Counted from the first letter of the stretch, positions 19,938 through 33,614 are shown. The stretch is DNA of 64,000 nucleotides from Acidimicrobiia bacterium (GCA_965215185.1 OZ244034.1:416001-480000); one strand, 5' to 3'. Numbers and translations are program-made. Notes: generated from the letters alone by a model not told the origin.

Positions 19938-20196
19938 GGGGCCCGGTGTTCGGAGGTGTCCCACAGGGGTTTGTGGGCCAGCGGCTTATCTGGAGAAAGC
20001 CTTTTGCAAAGGGATATTGGTGACGGATGGCACGGTACGCCGAAGAAGTCTCTATCAGGTTCAATAGCCGGTCGTCCTCCTGGTGTTTTCCGTTCGGATG
20101 GTTGATGGTCTGTGACTGATCGTCGGTCTTCGGTGTGAGGATTATTGGGTTGGGGCGAAGGCTTGGGAGGGCCGACCAAGGTTCATTTGCGGGGTC

Positions 20197-20228
20197 TATC
20201 GTAGGCGGGAATGAAAGCTCGCCGGTGA
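20197..20228 (+). promoter_or_regulatory. Putative -10 box plus leaderless 5-codon uORF (MKARR*) overlapping the EamA start
   Basis: TATCGT (20197-202), 8 nt, ATG AAA GCT CGC CGG TGA; overlaps GTG at 20225. Confidence 0.55.
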
Positions 20229-21157
20229 CATTTAACCCAGCCTCGCCGTCGGCCTCTCGGTTGTTTTGCTATTTCTTGTTGGGCTCGGTGGTGCTGAGTT
20301 TGGGTTTCAACTGGCCCATTATCGCCATGGGGGTGGACGTCATCTCGCCCCTGTGGCTCATGACCTTTCGCTTCTGGGGGGGAGCGTTGGTGGGATTCGG
20401 GATGAACGCCTTGGCCGGTCAGCGGGCTTCCTTTCCCCGCCAGGACTGGACGATCGTGCCGATACTGGGGATTCTTCGGTTGGGCGTCATCTATGTGCTT
20501 ATTTTTTACGCCCTGCAGTTTCTTCCTCCCGGAAGGTCTGGCATCCTGGTTTGGACGGGCACCCTATGGACCGTCCCTATTGCGATGATTTTCTTGCGGG
20601 AGCGGATGTCCAGGATGCAGATAGCTGGACTGACGGTGGGGATGGTGGGACTGGTGATAGTCGTGGACCCCGGGACGCTGAGTGTGGCCGAGCCCAGGAT
20701 CGTTTGGGGCTACGTTATGTTGATGGGAGCCGCTCTGTCGGTGGCTTGGACCTCTGTGTATATCCGGGCGCACAGATGGGGGGCCAATGCCCTGGCCTCC
20801 ACTCCGTGGCAACTGCTGGCTGGTGGGATTCCCTCTCTGGCTGCGGCTCTGGCTATCGATGGGATCCCCGACATCCGATGGACCTGGGGGCTGGTGTTGA
20901 TCGTGGTGTATCAGACAACACTGGCTAGCCCGCTGGCGGTGTGGGGGCAGTTGGAGGCCTTTCGCCGTCTACCGGCGATTTCGGTCAACCTGACCTTGAT
21001 GGCAACCCCCGTGGTGGGACTGTTGTCTTCGTGGTGGTTGGTGGATGAGCAGCTGACACTGGGAGTGGTTGTGGGGTTAGCTCTTCTCACCGCGGGAGTT
21101 GCAGCCAACCTACTGGGTGATGAGAACATTCGTCCGGTTCGCTCTGGCCTTACATGA
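20225..21157 (+). CDS. DMT/EamA family transporter, copy 2
   Basis: Collinear paralog of 17797-18729, same length. Confidence 0.9.
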   Translation: MTFNPASPSASRLFCYFLLGSVVLSLGFNWPIIAMGVDVISPLWLMTFRFWGGALVGFGMNALAGQRASFPRQDWTIVPILGILRLGVIYVLIFYALQFLPPGRSGILVWTGTLWTVPIAMIFLRERMSRMQIAGLTVGMVGLVIVVDPGTLSVAEPRIVWGYVMLMGAALSVAWTSVYIRAHRWGANALASTPWQLLAGGIPSLAAALAIDGIPDIRWTWGLVLIVVYQTTLASPLAVWGQLEAFRRLPAISVNLTLMATPVVGLLSSWWLVDEQLTLGVVVGLALLTAGVAANLLGDENIRPVRSGLT

Positions 21158-22347
21158 ATCCCCTCTCGCGAAAAGAACAATTCGCCCTCTTGGTGTCGGT
21201 CAGTTGCCTGACCACTACCACACTGCCGGTACTCTCACCCGCCCTTCCCGAACTAGCCGACGCCCTGGGAGTGTCGATCACGGTCATCGGATGGGTTCAG
21301 GGCGCCGCCTCCTTCCCCGGGATCCTGACCGCGGTTCTGGTGGGTTACCTCGCTGATCGCTTTGGGGGGAGGCGAGTAGTAGTGGTTTGTGTGGCGACTT
21401 TTACGCTTTTCGGAGTGGCCGGGCTTTTCGCTAGTTCATTTCCGATGTTGATCGGTTTGCGGCTGCTGCAGGGCCTGGGAACTCCGGGACTAATGGGCCT
21501 TTCAATCGCGTTGATAGGTGAACTCTTTGAGGACGAGAAGGATCGAATGCGCTTTTTGGGAATGAATCTTGCATTCGTCTTCATGGTGCAAATGATCATG
21601 CCGGCTATATCGGGAATCATTGCGGCGGGTGGCGCCTTCCGTCCTTTTCTCATCTATCTGGCAGGGGTGCCCATCGGGTTGTGGGCGCTGCGGTTGAAAG
21701 TGGGTCGGCCCAAAGGAGTTGCTTCCTCTCCGCTGCGTCATGTCCGCGCTGCACGGGAAGACATGCATCGCAGACGGACAGGTGTGGATCTGCTGGGGCT
21801 GGTGGCCGTCACCGGCTTGGGGGTATTGGTAAACGCGGGGGCCTCAATGACGGCGGTGCCGCTGTTCTTGAACGAGGTATTCGGGACGGGGACCGCCGGG
21901 CGGGGCCTGGTGGTATCCGCTTTCCAGGCCGGGGCCATCGTAACGGCCTTGGGCGTCTTGCGGTTCATCAAGGGACGGATGTCGAGCCGGATGATGACGA
22001 TAGGCCTGTGGTTGATGGCCATTGGTTTGCTGGTGGTCTTCCTCGCAGCCTTTCCTGTGATCGTCTCTTTGGGTTTGGCGCTGGCCGGGGCGGGGTTCGG
22101 GTTGGTGGTGACTTTGGCGCAACGGGATGCGATAGCGTCGGCCTCCATTACCTATCGCGGGCTGGTGGTGCTCACCTGGGTGGCCGGAGTGCGGGTTTCT
22201 CAAGTCATCGGCCCGCCAGCCGCGTCTTTGGTTACCGGCTTGATTGGTCCTCGGTCCTCTTTTCTGATAATTGCAGCTATTGTCGCTTCTGCTGCCGTCA
22301 CCTGGCGTCCCCTCCGTAGGTGGCTTAAGCGGGTGGTATACGGGTAG
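21154..22347 (+). CDS. MFS transporter, copy 2
   Basis: GYLADRFGGRRV; collinear paralog of 18726-19937. Confidence 0.9.
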   Translation: MNPLSRKEQFALLVSVSCLTTTTLPVLSPALPELADALGVSITVIGWVQGAASFPGILTAVLVGYLADRFGGRRVVVVCVATFTLFGVAGLFASSFPMLIGLRLLQGLGTPGLMGLSIALIGELFEDEKDRMRFLGMNLAFVFMVQMIMPAISGIIAAGGAFRPFLIYLAGVPIGLWALRLKVGRPKGVASSPLRHVRAAREDMHRRRTGVDLLGLVAVTGLGVLVNAGASMTAVPLFLNEVFGTGTAGRGLVVSAFQAGAIVTALGVLRFIKGRMSSRMMTIGLWLMAIGLLVVFLAAFPVIVSLGLALAGAGFGLVVTLAQRDAIASASITYRGLVVLTWVAGVRVSQVIGPPAASLVTGLIGPRSSFLIIAAIVASAAVTWRPLRRWLKRVVYG

Positions 22348-22401
22348 TGGTGGTCTTTCGAGAACGGTCGTGAAGCCCGCCGGAAACAGTAAGGTGAGCG
22401 T

Positions 22402-23859
22402 ATGACAAAACTTCCACAAATAGGTTCCGCTGCGGCGGTGGCAGAGGGAGATTCACCGGTTCTGGTGGTCCCGATGGGCGCCGACCGCCATCCCGGCCCC
22501 GGCGCCGAATACGTATTGGATCAACTGGGCTTATGGGTGGATGAACACCTGGAAGCCGTGGGGTTCTCCGGCAAACCTGGAGAACAGGCGGTGATCCCAA
22601 CCGCAGGAGCGCTCCCGTATAGCTGGGTGGTGATGGTGGGGGTGGGGGATGACCCCGACCACGAGACGGTGCGCCGCGCCTCGGCCACGGCCCTGCGGGC
22701 CGCTCCCCGAACCGAACGCCTGGTTACCACTCTCCATCAGCTATCAACTCCTGGCGCCTTGGGCGCGACTGCGGAGGGAGCACTCATGGCCGGATATCGC
22801 TATGAGGCCTATAAGAGCGAACCGTCGGAGCATCCCCTGCCGGAGGTGTTGTTGGCTGCGCCACTCTCGGCGGACTGGACGGAGACGGTCGAGCAGGCCC
22901 GAGTGGTGGCGGAAGCGGTGGCCACCGCCCGAGATTGGGTCAACCAGCCTTCCCTCGATAAAGGGCCCGCCGACCTCGCCGAACGCATCTCCGCGTTGGC
23001 GGTCGAGGCGGGGATGACGGCCGAGATCTGGGATGATGATCGGCTTCGAGAGGAGGGAATGGGTGGGATACTGTCGGTGGGACGGGGATCGCACCGCCCG
23101 CCTCGGCTGGTCCGATTGGAAGGCCCCGGGGAAGGCCCGAGATTGACCCTGGTCGGGAAGGGCATCACCTTCGACTCCGGCGGGCTGTCTCTAAAGCCGG
23201 CCAAGAGCATGGAGACAATGAAGACCGATATGGCGGGAGCGGCCGCGGTGGTCGCCGCCGGGGTGGCCATCACCCGACTGGGTCTGAATGTGAAAGTCGA
23301 AGTGATTGTCGCTCTGGCCGAGAATCTGCCCGGAGGAGCGGCGTCCCGGCCCGGGGATGTGTTCACCGCTCGCAACGGGAAGACAGTGGAAGTGATGAAC
23401 ACCGACGCCGAGGGACGTCTGGTTCTGGCCGACGCGCTGAGTCTGGCTGCCGAAGGATCACCGAAACTAGTGGTAGACGTGGCCACTCTCACCGGGGCCT
23501 GTGTAGTGGCGCTCGGCCTCGAATATGCGGGGCTGTTCGGGTCGGAGGAGTCTCGTCAGGTGGTGGACGAGGCGGCAAAGGCGGCGGGAGAGCGCGTTTG
23601 GCCGCTCCCGCTTCCCGAGGACTACCGGAAGATGCTTGACTCCCCGGTCGCTGACATGAAGAACATCGGCGGCAGCTGGGGCGGCGCCATCACTGCGGCG
23701 CTGTTCCTTAAGGAATTCGTCGGAGATCACCAGTGGGCGCACCTGGACATCGCGGGCCCGGCTCGATCCGGCAAGACCGCTCACTATCTGTCGGAAGGCG
23801 CCACCGGATTCGGGGTGCGAACCTTGGTCCAGCTTGCCTCCAACATGGCGCAAAACTGA
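22402..23859 (+). CDS. pepA: Leucyl aminopeptidase (M17)
   Basis: VGKGITFDSGG, MKTDMAGAA, NTDAEGRLVLAD, ATLTGA, HLDIAG. TAAGGT -10 six nt before the ATG suggests leaderless expression. Confidence 0.96.
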   Translation: MTKLPQIGSAAAVAEGDSPVLVVPMGADRHPGPGAEYVLDQLGLWVDEHLEAVGFSGKPGEQAVIPTAGALPYSWVVMVGVGDDPDHETVRRASATALRAAPRTERLVTTLHQLSTPGALGATAEGALMAGYRYEAYKSEPSEHPLPEVLLAAPLSADWTETVEQARVVAEAVATARDWVNQPSLDKGPADLAERISALAVEAGMTAEIWDDDRLREEGMGGILSVGRGSHRPPRLVRLEGPGEGPRLTLVGKGITFDSGGLSLKPAKSMETMKTDMAGAAAVVAAGVAITRLGLNVKVEVIVALAENLPGGAASRPGDVFTARNGKTVEVMNTDAEGRLVLADALSLAAEGSPKLVVDVATLTGACVVALGLEYAGLFGSEESRQVVDEAAKAAGERVWPLPLPEDYRKMLDSPVADMKNIGGSWGGAITAALFLKEFVGDHQWAHLDIAGPARSGKTAHYLSEGATGFGVRTLVQLASNMAQN

Positions 23860-23977
23860 CCCTACGGCCTTTTCGCGATAACTACCTGAAGGTCGCGATA
23901 CAACACCTAATAGACACCTCCAGCCGTCTGCTTTCAAATAGCTAGCGTGTGGTCTTGCCACCGAGCAGGGAGGGAAA

Positions 23978-24873
23978 GTGAAAGCAGGGGTCCAATGGCT
24001 GACAACCGCAATCATGGCAGGAGGACTGTCAGTGTTGGTGGCGAGTGGATGCGGGAATCCGGATTCTCCCACGGGTCTGGAGTGGACATCCACCGCCCCT
24101 GCTTTCTCATCGGATGTAGTCGAGCCACCAGGGCAAAATCCTGATCCAACCCAGCCGGCTCCCGAGGAGAATCTGGCGGAAGACGTTGCCACCAGCGCAA
24201 TCTCCCCCGCCGCGGTCAACACAACCATCGTTCCGACCACTGTTCCTGCGACTGCCACGACCGAATCTCCCGTAACCTCGACCGCGCCGGATCCAGAAGT
24301 GACGGAAGAGAGTGTCCTCGACCAGCTCCTCGAGGAAGTACCGAACTCAACTACAACTCAAGAGACGGAGGAGAGGCTGATAACCCAACCGGGTGCTGTT
24401 ATGGCCAATGATTACTGGGCCGATCTTGGGTTTCCCGACCCCGCGGCGCCACCGGTGGAGGACCCCGGACGGATTCGCTACGCGGAAGGCCAGTTACGGA
24501 AGATCTACTTCAAGTGGACGACGCGGTCTACCGCAAAGATTCTGAAACCCTTTGGGAAGCGGTGACCACAGAGGGTGCATATGAGAAAGGAGTGGCGGCC
24601 ATGGAGCGTTTGACCTTCACTGCGCCGCCGACATTGGAGGGGGTGAAGGTAAAAGTACTGGAACTGTACATCGACCATCCGGATTGTCTGGTGGCGGCAT
24701 ACGAGATGGACATCAGTTCTTTTCGAGAGACGGGTGGTCTCATCGAACAGACAACGGTAATGTGGTCGCACCCCCGCTACGGATGGCGTAGCAACATCTC
24801 TTTTGGGTGGCCCATTATCTATGGGATGTGGTGGGAAAACTGCTTTATAGCGGAGAGACCCGATTTTCCGTGA
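23978..24873 (+). pseudogene. Lipoprotein with Pro/Thr-rich linker, frameshifted near 24517
   Basis: Lipobox-like VASGC. Overlapping ORFs 23978-24565 and 24514-24873 join smoothly with one added base (KIYFKW-x-DAVYRKD). Confidence 0.65.
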
Positions 24874-25910
24874 GAAGAGGCCGCGGGGGGTGGGTGGGGA
24901 TCACTTCGGTGGCAGGTGTATCGGTGTCGACGCCCGCATTGGCCGACTCTCATGGGTATTCAGAGGCGGTTTGCACTGTCAGTTTTGAGGTGGAACCGGA
25001 GTCAGAGGCACTCAGACCTGTTACCGAGTGCGTCCACACTGAGGAAGGCGAGTCCAGTTCGGTTTCTTCCTCCGGCACCTACCACTTGCAAATCGCCTCC
25101 AGAGGTTGCTTCTACCTTGGAACCACGTTCACTCAGTGGGTCAGGCTCGAATATACCGAGGACGGTGAACTGGAGTACGGCTGGTCGCCCGATGGCAGGC
25201 CGGGTGGGCACACCGTGATAGGTACGGCTCGACCTTGTTCATGGACGGGGGTGGAGAGAGAGGAATTTGAAGGGTTTGTGTGGAGCAGGATCGGGAACTA
25301 CGCCCATCAATCTCCTGAGGTCTCTTTGGATCCGCCCATTCCGCGCGGCTTGATGGGCATTGAGACTTTCGCGGCCATGAACGTTCCCTCTCCCTGGACA
25401 TTCTCTTCGACTTCCCCGTACACCGGCACGTCCCTGATGGCAGAGGTCAAAATGCGACAGGTGACTATCGACTGGGATGACGGCCCCACGCAGGTGTTCA
25501 GCGGTTCCGACCTGTCGGCGTTCACCGGATACCCCGACGGGGTGGCCAGTCACACCTACCAATCCAAGAGCTGCGAAACAGCAAGCCCGCGCTGTCGCGA
25601 TGAAACAGGCCCTTACCAGATCGAAACCTCGTACCCATGGTCAGGCTGGTATCGAGTTGGAAGTCGGCGAAGGAGTCTCAGCATTCCCAACACTTCCTCC
25701 TCCACCGACTATCCGGTCGCCGAGATGATTCCTCTGGTTAGGCAGGCGAATGGGGGTAGTGACCAGATCGAAGGCGACGGCGGCACCACCAGCCAAACCA
25801 AAGGATCAGTGCGAGGAATGGCAGAAGCAACACGACGAAACCCGCCACCAAAGGGAAGCGGCCGGCGATGGACAGCAGCGTATCGGCGCCGGCGCCCACG
25901 GCCGCGGTGA
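24870..25910 (+). CDS. Hypothetical secreted protein with PKD-like C-terminal motif
   Basis: GTGA overlap with the upstream gene, PALA|D signal cleavage, IDWDDG and HTY motifs. The tail after ~25740 runs antisense into the next gene. Confidence 0.6.
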   Translation: MRRGRGGWVGITSVAGVSVSTPALADSHGYSEAVCTVSFEVEPESEALRPVTECVHTEEGESSSVSSSGTYHLQIASRGCFYLGTTFTQWVRLEYTEDGELEYGWSPDGRPGGHTVIGTARPCSWTGVEREEFEGFVWSRIGNYAHQSPEVSLDPPIPRGLMGIETFAAMNVPSPWTFSSTSPYTGTSLMAEVKMRQVTIDWDDGPTQVFSGSDLSAFTGYPDGVASHTYQSKSCETASPRCRDETGPYQIETSYPWSGWYRVGSRRRSLSIPNTSSSTDYPVAEMIPLVRQANGGSDQIEGDGGTTSQTKGSVRGMAEATRRNPPPKGSGRRWTAAYRRRRPRPR

Positions 25911-26586
25911 AACTGGTGGATCCGTCTTCTTGAACTTGCACCAGGATTCTGGAATTAGCCAGGATCTTCTCCAGTTCGACACCACCGGGGCCCACGGGAA
26001 CCGCGCTGGCCTCCAGCCACACCTCGAGGCCGTCATTGGCTACCTGACCAGCGAGTTTCCCGTCCACCACGGGCTCAACCAAGGCGGCTATCAGGAATCC
26101 TTCCGGGTCAATGTTGGCGAAGTCTCCTTCCGCAACTATGAACGATCCAATACTGAGACGCTGATCTGTGGAAAGGATCTCCACATCGGTGAGGGGGATC
26201 CTGCCCTGGTTAGCCACCTCCACGCAGAAGAACAGCAGAGCATCGGGTTCGACTGTGATCTCTTTGGCCCCGACACAGGCGTCATCGGCATTGTCTGCCA
26301 CCGAGGCTTTGAGGGTGATGCCGGTGTCGGAAGTCTCCACAGAGCTTGGGGCGAGGGCGTCGGATTGGGCATCTCCCATCGTCTGTTCGGGAGCCTGGGT
26401 GACAGGTTCCGGGCTGACGGTGGGCGCAGTGGTATCGGAGACTTGAGGGGTGTTGAGTGATTTATCGTTTCCTCCACAGGCACCAACCAGGAGGAGAACG
26501 AAAGCAATCAGGGCTGGCAGGAAGCTATGCCGTGCCCGGCGACCTCCCTCCCTTTCCCAGATGCGCTGGAACCGCACTTTTGGCAT
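25738..26586 (-). CDS. Lipoprotein with one beta-rich repeat and C-terminal TM anchor; reduced paralog of 26859-29300
   Basis: Lipobox LVGAC; DDACVGAK...FCVEVAN.G...LTDVE repeat; hydrophobic tail followed by Arg cluster. Confidence 0.75.
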   Translation of the reverse strand: MPKVRFQRIWEREGGRRARHSFLPALIAFVLLLVGACGGNDKSLNTPQVSDTTAPTVSPEPVTQAPEQTMGDAQSDALAPSSVETSDTGITLKASVADNADDACVGAKEITVEPDALLFFCVEVANQGRIPLTDVEILSTDQRLSIGSFIVAEGDFANIDPEGFLIAALVEPVVDGKLAGQVANDGLEVWLEASAVPVGPGGVELEKILANSRILVQVQEDGSTSFTAAVGAGADTLLSIAGRFPLVAGFVVLLLPFLALILWFGWWCRRRLRSGHYPHSPA

Positions 26587-26858
26587 GTATTTGCCTCTCT
26601 ACCAGGGAGACGACCCCTGGCACTATCAATTTTATAACGGGCACCGCAGATATGAGGGGGTATTTTCTGGGGGCCTCCCCAGGTCGGCAATCATCTGCCT
26701 TAGACAGCCCCTAAAGCGACGGAGAAACCTGCCTAGCGGGATCGAACACCGTGCTTTCCGAAGAGCACCAAGCCGCCAAAGGCAGACCCGCGCCATTGGC
26801 AGGATCCTCAGTTACAGGATTGTCCTCCGGTGTGCAGCAGCCTCTCCGGACCTGGCTG

Positions 26859-29300
26859 TCAGTCAGTCGGGGAGGAAGAATCCATCTCCGCCGGTGCGGG
26901 TGGGTCGGAACGGCGCCGGCGCCGTCGGCGGATCCACAACCAGATGGCCACCAGGATGGCGATGACGGGCGCAAACGGAAGCAGAGCCCCGACCACCACG
27001 GCCAAACCCATAACGATCGAGACCAGTGTTTCGAAGCTGGCGTCGAGAGCGTCGCTGAACCCGGTTGGCGAGTCATCTGGCCGACCAGCCAGTACATCCA
27101 CAAAGACCCGGGTGTCAGTGGAGACATCTTCCAAGGCAGCGCCTTCGGTGTCGACCGGAGTGGCGGTGGCCTCGATCATGATGTCGATGCCTCGCGTCGC
27201 AATGCGACCGGCCAAACGCCCATTCTCGATCGGCTCGCTGAGGGTAGCCGTAAGGAATTGACCGGGTTCGATCCGTTCAAAGTCACCGTGTTCGGGTGCG
27301 AATGGATTCTGGTCCAGGCGCATGCTGTTGGATCGGATCTGGATGTTGGTGAGGGCAGTATCCCCTAGGTTGCCTATCTCAAGACAGAAGTTCACGGTGT
27401 CCTCGTCAGGAGAAATGGCGATGGACTGCTCGCCTAGACAGGGGTCGCTGTTGTTGGCGGAGACCCAAGCAGTGATGATCATCCGGGTGTTGGGGAGCAC
27501 CTCTTGTGCGGCCACGAACACTCCGGTGGTGTCGGAGACAGTCTCCAGTTCGGACCCGTCGGTGTCCACCGGGGTAGCTATCGATGTGATACCGATGTCG
27601 AGGCCGCGGATGGCTACCCGTCCGTTAAGGCGTCCCTTTTCGACGGTTTCGGTGAGGGTGGCGGTGAGGAACTGACGGGGTTCGATCCGGCCGAAGTCGC
27701 CGTGTTCCAGGACCAACGGGTTGGAATCGAAGTCCAGTGCCGCGGACTCTATCTCGATGTTGGTGATGGGAACGTCGCCCGGGTTTGCCACGAAGACACA
27801 GAAGTTCACGACATCGTCGTCGGGCTTGACGATGATGGTTTTGGCGCCGAGGCAGGGATCGTCATCGTCGCCGGAGACCCAAGCATGCACTATTACGCCA
27901 GTGTTGGGAATCACTTCTTCGGCGGTGACGACAACTCGGGCCCGGTCAGAGATCACTCCCAGTTGAGGTATACCCGGTTCCATCGGGGTGGCGGTCGCCC
28001 CGATCAGGATGTCCAGACCTCGGGTGGCTATGCGATCAGCTAAACGACCCTTGGTCACCTCCTCGGTGAGAGTGGCGGTGAGGAACTGCCCCGGTTCGAT
28101 CCGGTTCAAGCTTCCTCTTTCCACCACGAAGGGGTTGTCATCCAAGGGCAAAACGTCTGAGTAGAGCTCAACATCGGTGAGTGTTACCTCTCCCTCATTG
28201 GCTACTTCCACACAGAAACTGACTGTGGCTTCCCGCTCGACCGAGAGGTTCTTGGTCCCAAGGCAGGGATCCTCATCAGCGGTAGAGACCCAGGCGGTGA
28301 CCAACAGTCCGGTATTGGGAAGGATTAAGGGTCGGTCGGGCAACTGACTGATCGCCAAGGTGATGGTGGCGAGGCTCACATGGTCCTGCAGGGTGCGCAA
28401 CTGGCCCCGCAACCGTTCAAGATCTGTCTCTCGGACCAGCAATTCCCGTTCATAGAAGGCCACGTTGTCGATGTTGGTGGCGGTTTCCAGGAAGCTGCGC
28501 AGACGGGCCACGCTGGCTTCGGAGGTGATGACCTGGCTTTGCAGGTCGACGATTCGCTCGGTCACATCATCGGCGCTGATCTGCTGGTCGATGAGTTCCC
28601 CGATCTGGGAGAGCCTCGACAGGGCTACTGAGAAGTCTTCCGGCAGCACCTTGAAAACGATCTCGGAGTAGGGCTGCGGCTGGGTGCGAGTTTGCTGGCC
28701 GAACACGAAACCTCCCAAGCCCTGCACTATGGCTATGGCCTCCCGGGTGGCGGCAGCTACATCGGGCGCCTCCACGGACACCCAGGCCCGGTAGATGACA
28801 TCCCGTCCAAAGGCGGAGGGAGTGTATGTAGTCGACACCTCGAGTACCGCGCCAGCCGTGGAACGGTCAACGCCAGCATCGTCGCTATCCACTATGTCGT
28901 CGAATGCTTCCTCCATCTCCATCTCGTCGTCGGAGGCCGCCATCTCCTCCGCCGCCTCCGCCTCCGCCATAGCCATGACAGCAGTTGCCTCCGCATCCCC
29001 GGCGGCTGCTGCGGCAGTTGCCTCCATCTCGGCCAGAGCCGTCTCCAAGGCCACCGTTGCTTCCTCCGCAGCGGCTGTCGAAGCGGCGGATGTCGTAGTT
29101 GGTGCAGCAGCGGCTGTCGTAGCTGCACCAGCATAGGTCGCGTCAGAGGCCGCCGCGGAGGCTTCGGACTCCGAGTAATCATCTCCGCCGCAAGCGCCGG
29201 CAAGTAGCAGGAACAGTGTCAAAACAACCAAAGAGGTACGGCGCGGCGACCCGCTCCCACCTTCGGACCTTCCAATTCCTGTGAAACGCCAGCGACCCAT
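26859..29300 (-). CDS. DUF4349-like lipoprotein with three internal ~137-aa repeats and C-terminal TM segment
   Basis: Lipobox LAGAC; Ala/Glu-rich linker; SADDVTERIVDL...ERLRGQLR.LQDHV..ATIT; three PNT..V.AWVS...DPCLG repeats. Confidence 0.8.
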   Translation of the reverse strand: MGRWRFTGIGRSEGGSGSPRRTSLVVLTLFLLLAGACGGDDYSESEASAAASDATYAGAATTAAAAPTTTSAASTAAAEEATVALETALAEMEATAAAAAGDAEATAVMAMAEAEAAEEMAASDDEMEMEEAFDDIVDSDDAGVDRSTAGAVLEVSTTYTPSAFGRDVIYRAWVSVEAPDVAAATREAIAIVQGLGGFVFGQQTRTQPQPYSEIVFKVLPEDFSVALSRLSQIGELIDQQISADDVTERIVDLQSQVITSEASVARLRSFLETATNIDNVAFYERELLVRETDLERLRGQLRTLQDHVSLATITLAISQLPDRPLILPNTGLLVTAWVSTADEDPCLGTKNLSVEREATVSFCVEVANEGEVTLTDVELYSDVLPLDDNPFVVERGSLNRIEPGQFLTATLTEEVTKGRLADRIATRGLDILIGATATPMEPGIPQLGVISDRARVVVTAEEVIPNTGVIVHAWVSGDDDDPCLGAKTIIVKPDDDVVNFCVFVANPGDVPITNIEIESAALDFDSNPLVLEHGDFGRIEPRQFLTATLTETVEKGRLNGRVAIRGLDIGITSIATPVDTDGSELETVSDTTGVFVAAQEVLPNTRMIITAWVSANNSDPCLGEQSIAISPDEDTVNFCLEIGNLGDTALTNIQIRSNSMRLDQNPFAPEHGDFERIEPGQFLTATLSEPIENGRLAGRIATRGIDIMIEATATPVDTEGAALEDVSTDTRVFVDVLAGRPDDSPTGFSDALDASFETLVSIVMGLAVVVGALLPFAPVIAILVAIWLWIRRRRRRRSDPPAPAEMDSSSPTD
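27080..28320 (-). repeat. Three intragenic repeats, period 411-414 bp
   Basis: PNT codons at ~28312, 27901 and 27487; conserved Cys pair in each repeat. Confidence 0.9.
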
Positions 29301-29377
29301 ACTTCTTACCTTACCTTGGCCCTGTTAGACGGGATAGATACAGGCGGTCTCTTTACTTACCTGGTTACCCGCCACTC

Positions 29378-32480
<3,103 letters not shown>

Positions 32481-32484
<4 letters not shown>

Positions 32485-33614
32485 AGCAGGCCCTCCAACG
32501 CTCTCAGAGTCAGCTCGGCGGCGCGGTCGCCATCGGCGGGACGGGTGGTCCATCCAAATGAGAAACGGACGCTTGATCGGGCTCCGGAGTCGGAAATCCC
32601 CATGGCCGCCAGCACATGGGAGACCCGGGCCGCCCCTGATTGACAGGAGGACCCGGCCGAAGCAGCCAGTCCCAGCCGGTCGAGGCGGACCAGCAGGGTC
32701 TGGTTGGCCACTCCCGGAAAGCGCAGGTGAGAATGATGAATCGTTCGGACGGGTTGCGAGGTGATGGCCAAGCCGGGCACCTTCTCCAACAACGCCGCCT
32801 CGAATCTGCGGCGCGCCTCCCTCACCTCCCGGTGAAAACGCTCACGGTCCGACCCCGCCAGTTCCATGGCCCGCGCCATGCCGACCGCCCCCAACACGTT
32901 GTGGGTTCCTGACCGGCGGCCCAACTCCTGTCCTCCGCCGTGCGCCACCGGCTCCAGCCCCACGCCGTCCCGTACATACAGCATGCCCACTCCGGGGGGA
33001 CCGCCGAACTTGTGCGCAGCCAAGGAAAGAAGATCCACTCCCAACTCATCCACCCGCAGTTCTTCGGAGACGAATGCCTGCACCGCATCGGTGTGGACAA
33101 GGGCATTGGATCCCGCTCGGTCGCGAACCGCCTCGGCGATCTTTCGCACCGGCTGGCGGGCGCCGGTCTCGTTGTTGGCCGCCATAACCGACACCACCGC
33201 CGTCTCAGGAGTGACCGCCTCCGCCACCTCGCAGGGATCAACCATGCCATCGCGGTCCACTCCCACCCTGGTGACAGAGCATCCCAGGAGCCCAAGGAAT
33301 CCGACGGAACTCAAGACCGCCTCGTGTTCCACCATAGAAGTGACCACCCCTCCCCGCCTTCCGCCTGCCAGAGCCGCTCCCTTCACCGCCAGATTGTCAG
33401 ACTCGGTTCCACCACTTGTGAAGACCACCTCCAGGGGACGGCAGTGCAATACCGCCGCAATGCGCTCCCTGGCCTCCTCCAACGCATTCTTGGCAGCACG
33501 GGCCGGAGCATGAAACCCGGTGGGGTTGCCCCACCCACGGTCGGCCAAACCCGACATTGCCTCCCAGACCTGGGGACGAATCGGAGTGGTGGCGGCATGG
33601 TCAAGGTAAAGCAT
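32481..33614 (-). CDS. iscS: Cysteine desulfurase (IscS/NifS class)
   Basis: YLDHAATTP, FTSGGTESDN, HTDAVQA, AHKFGGP, RSGT, SAGSSC. Confidence 0.93.
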
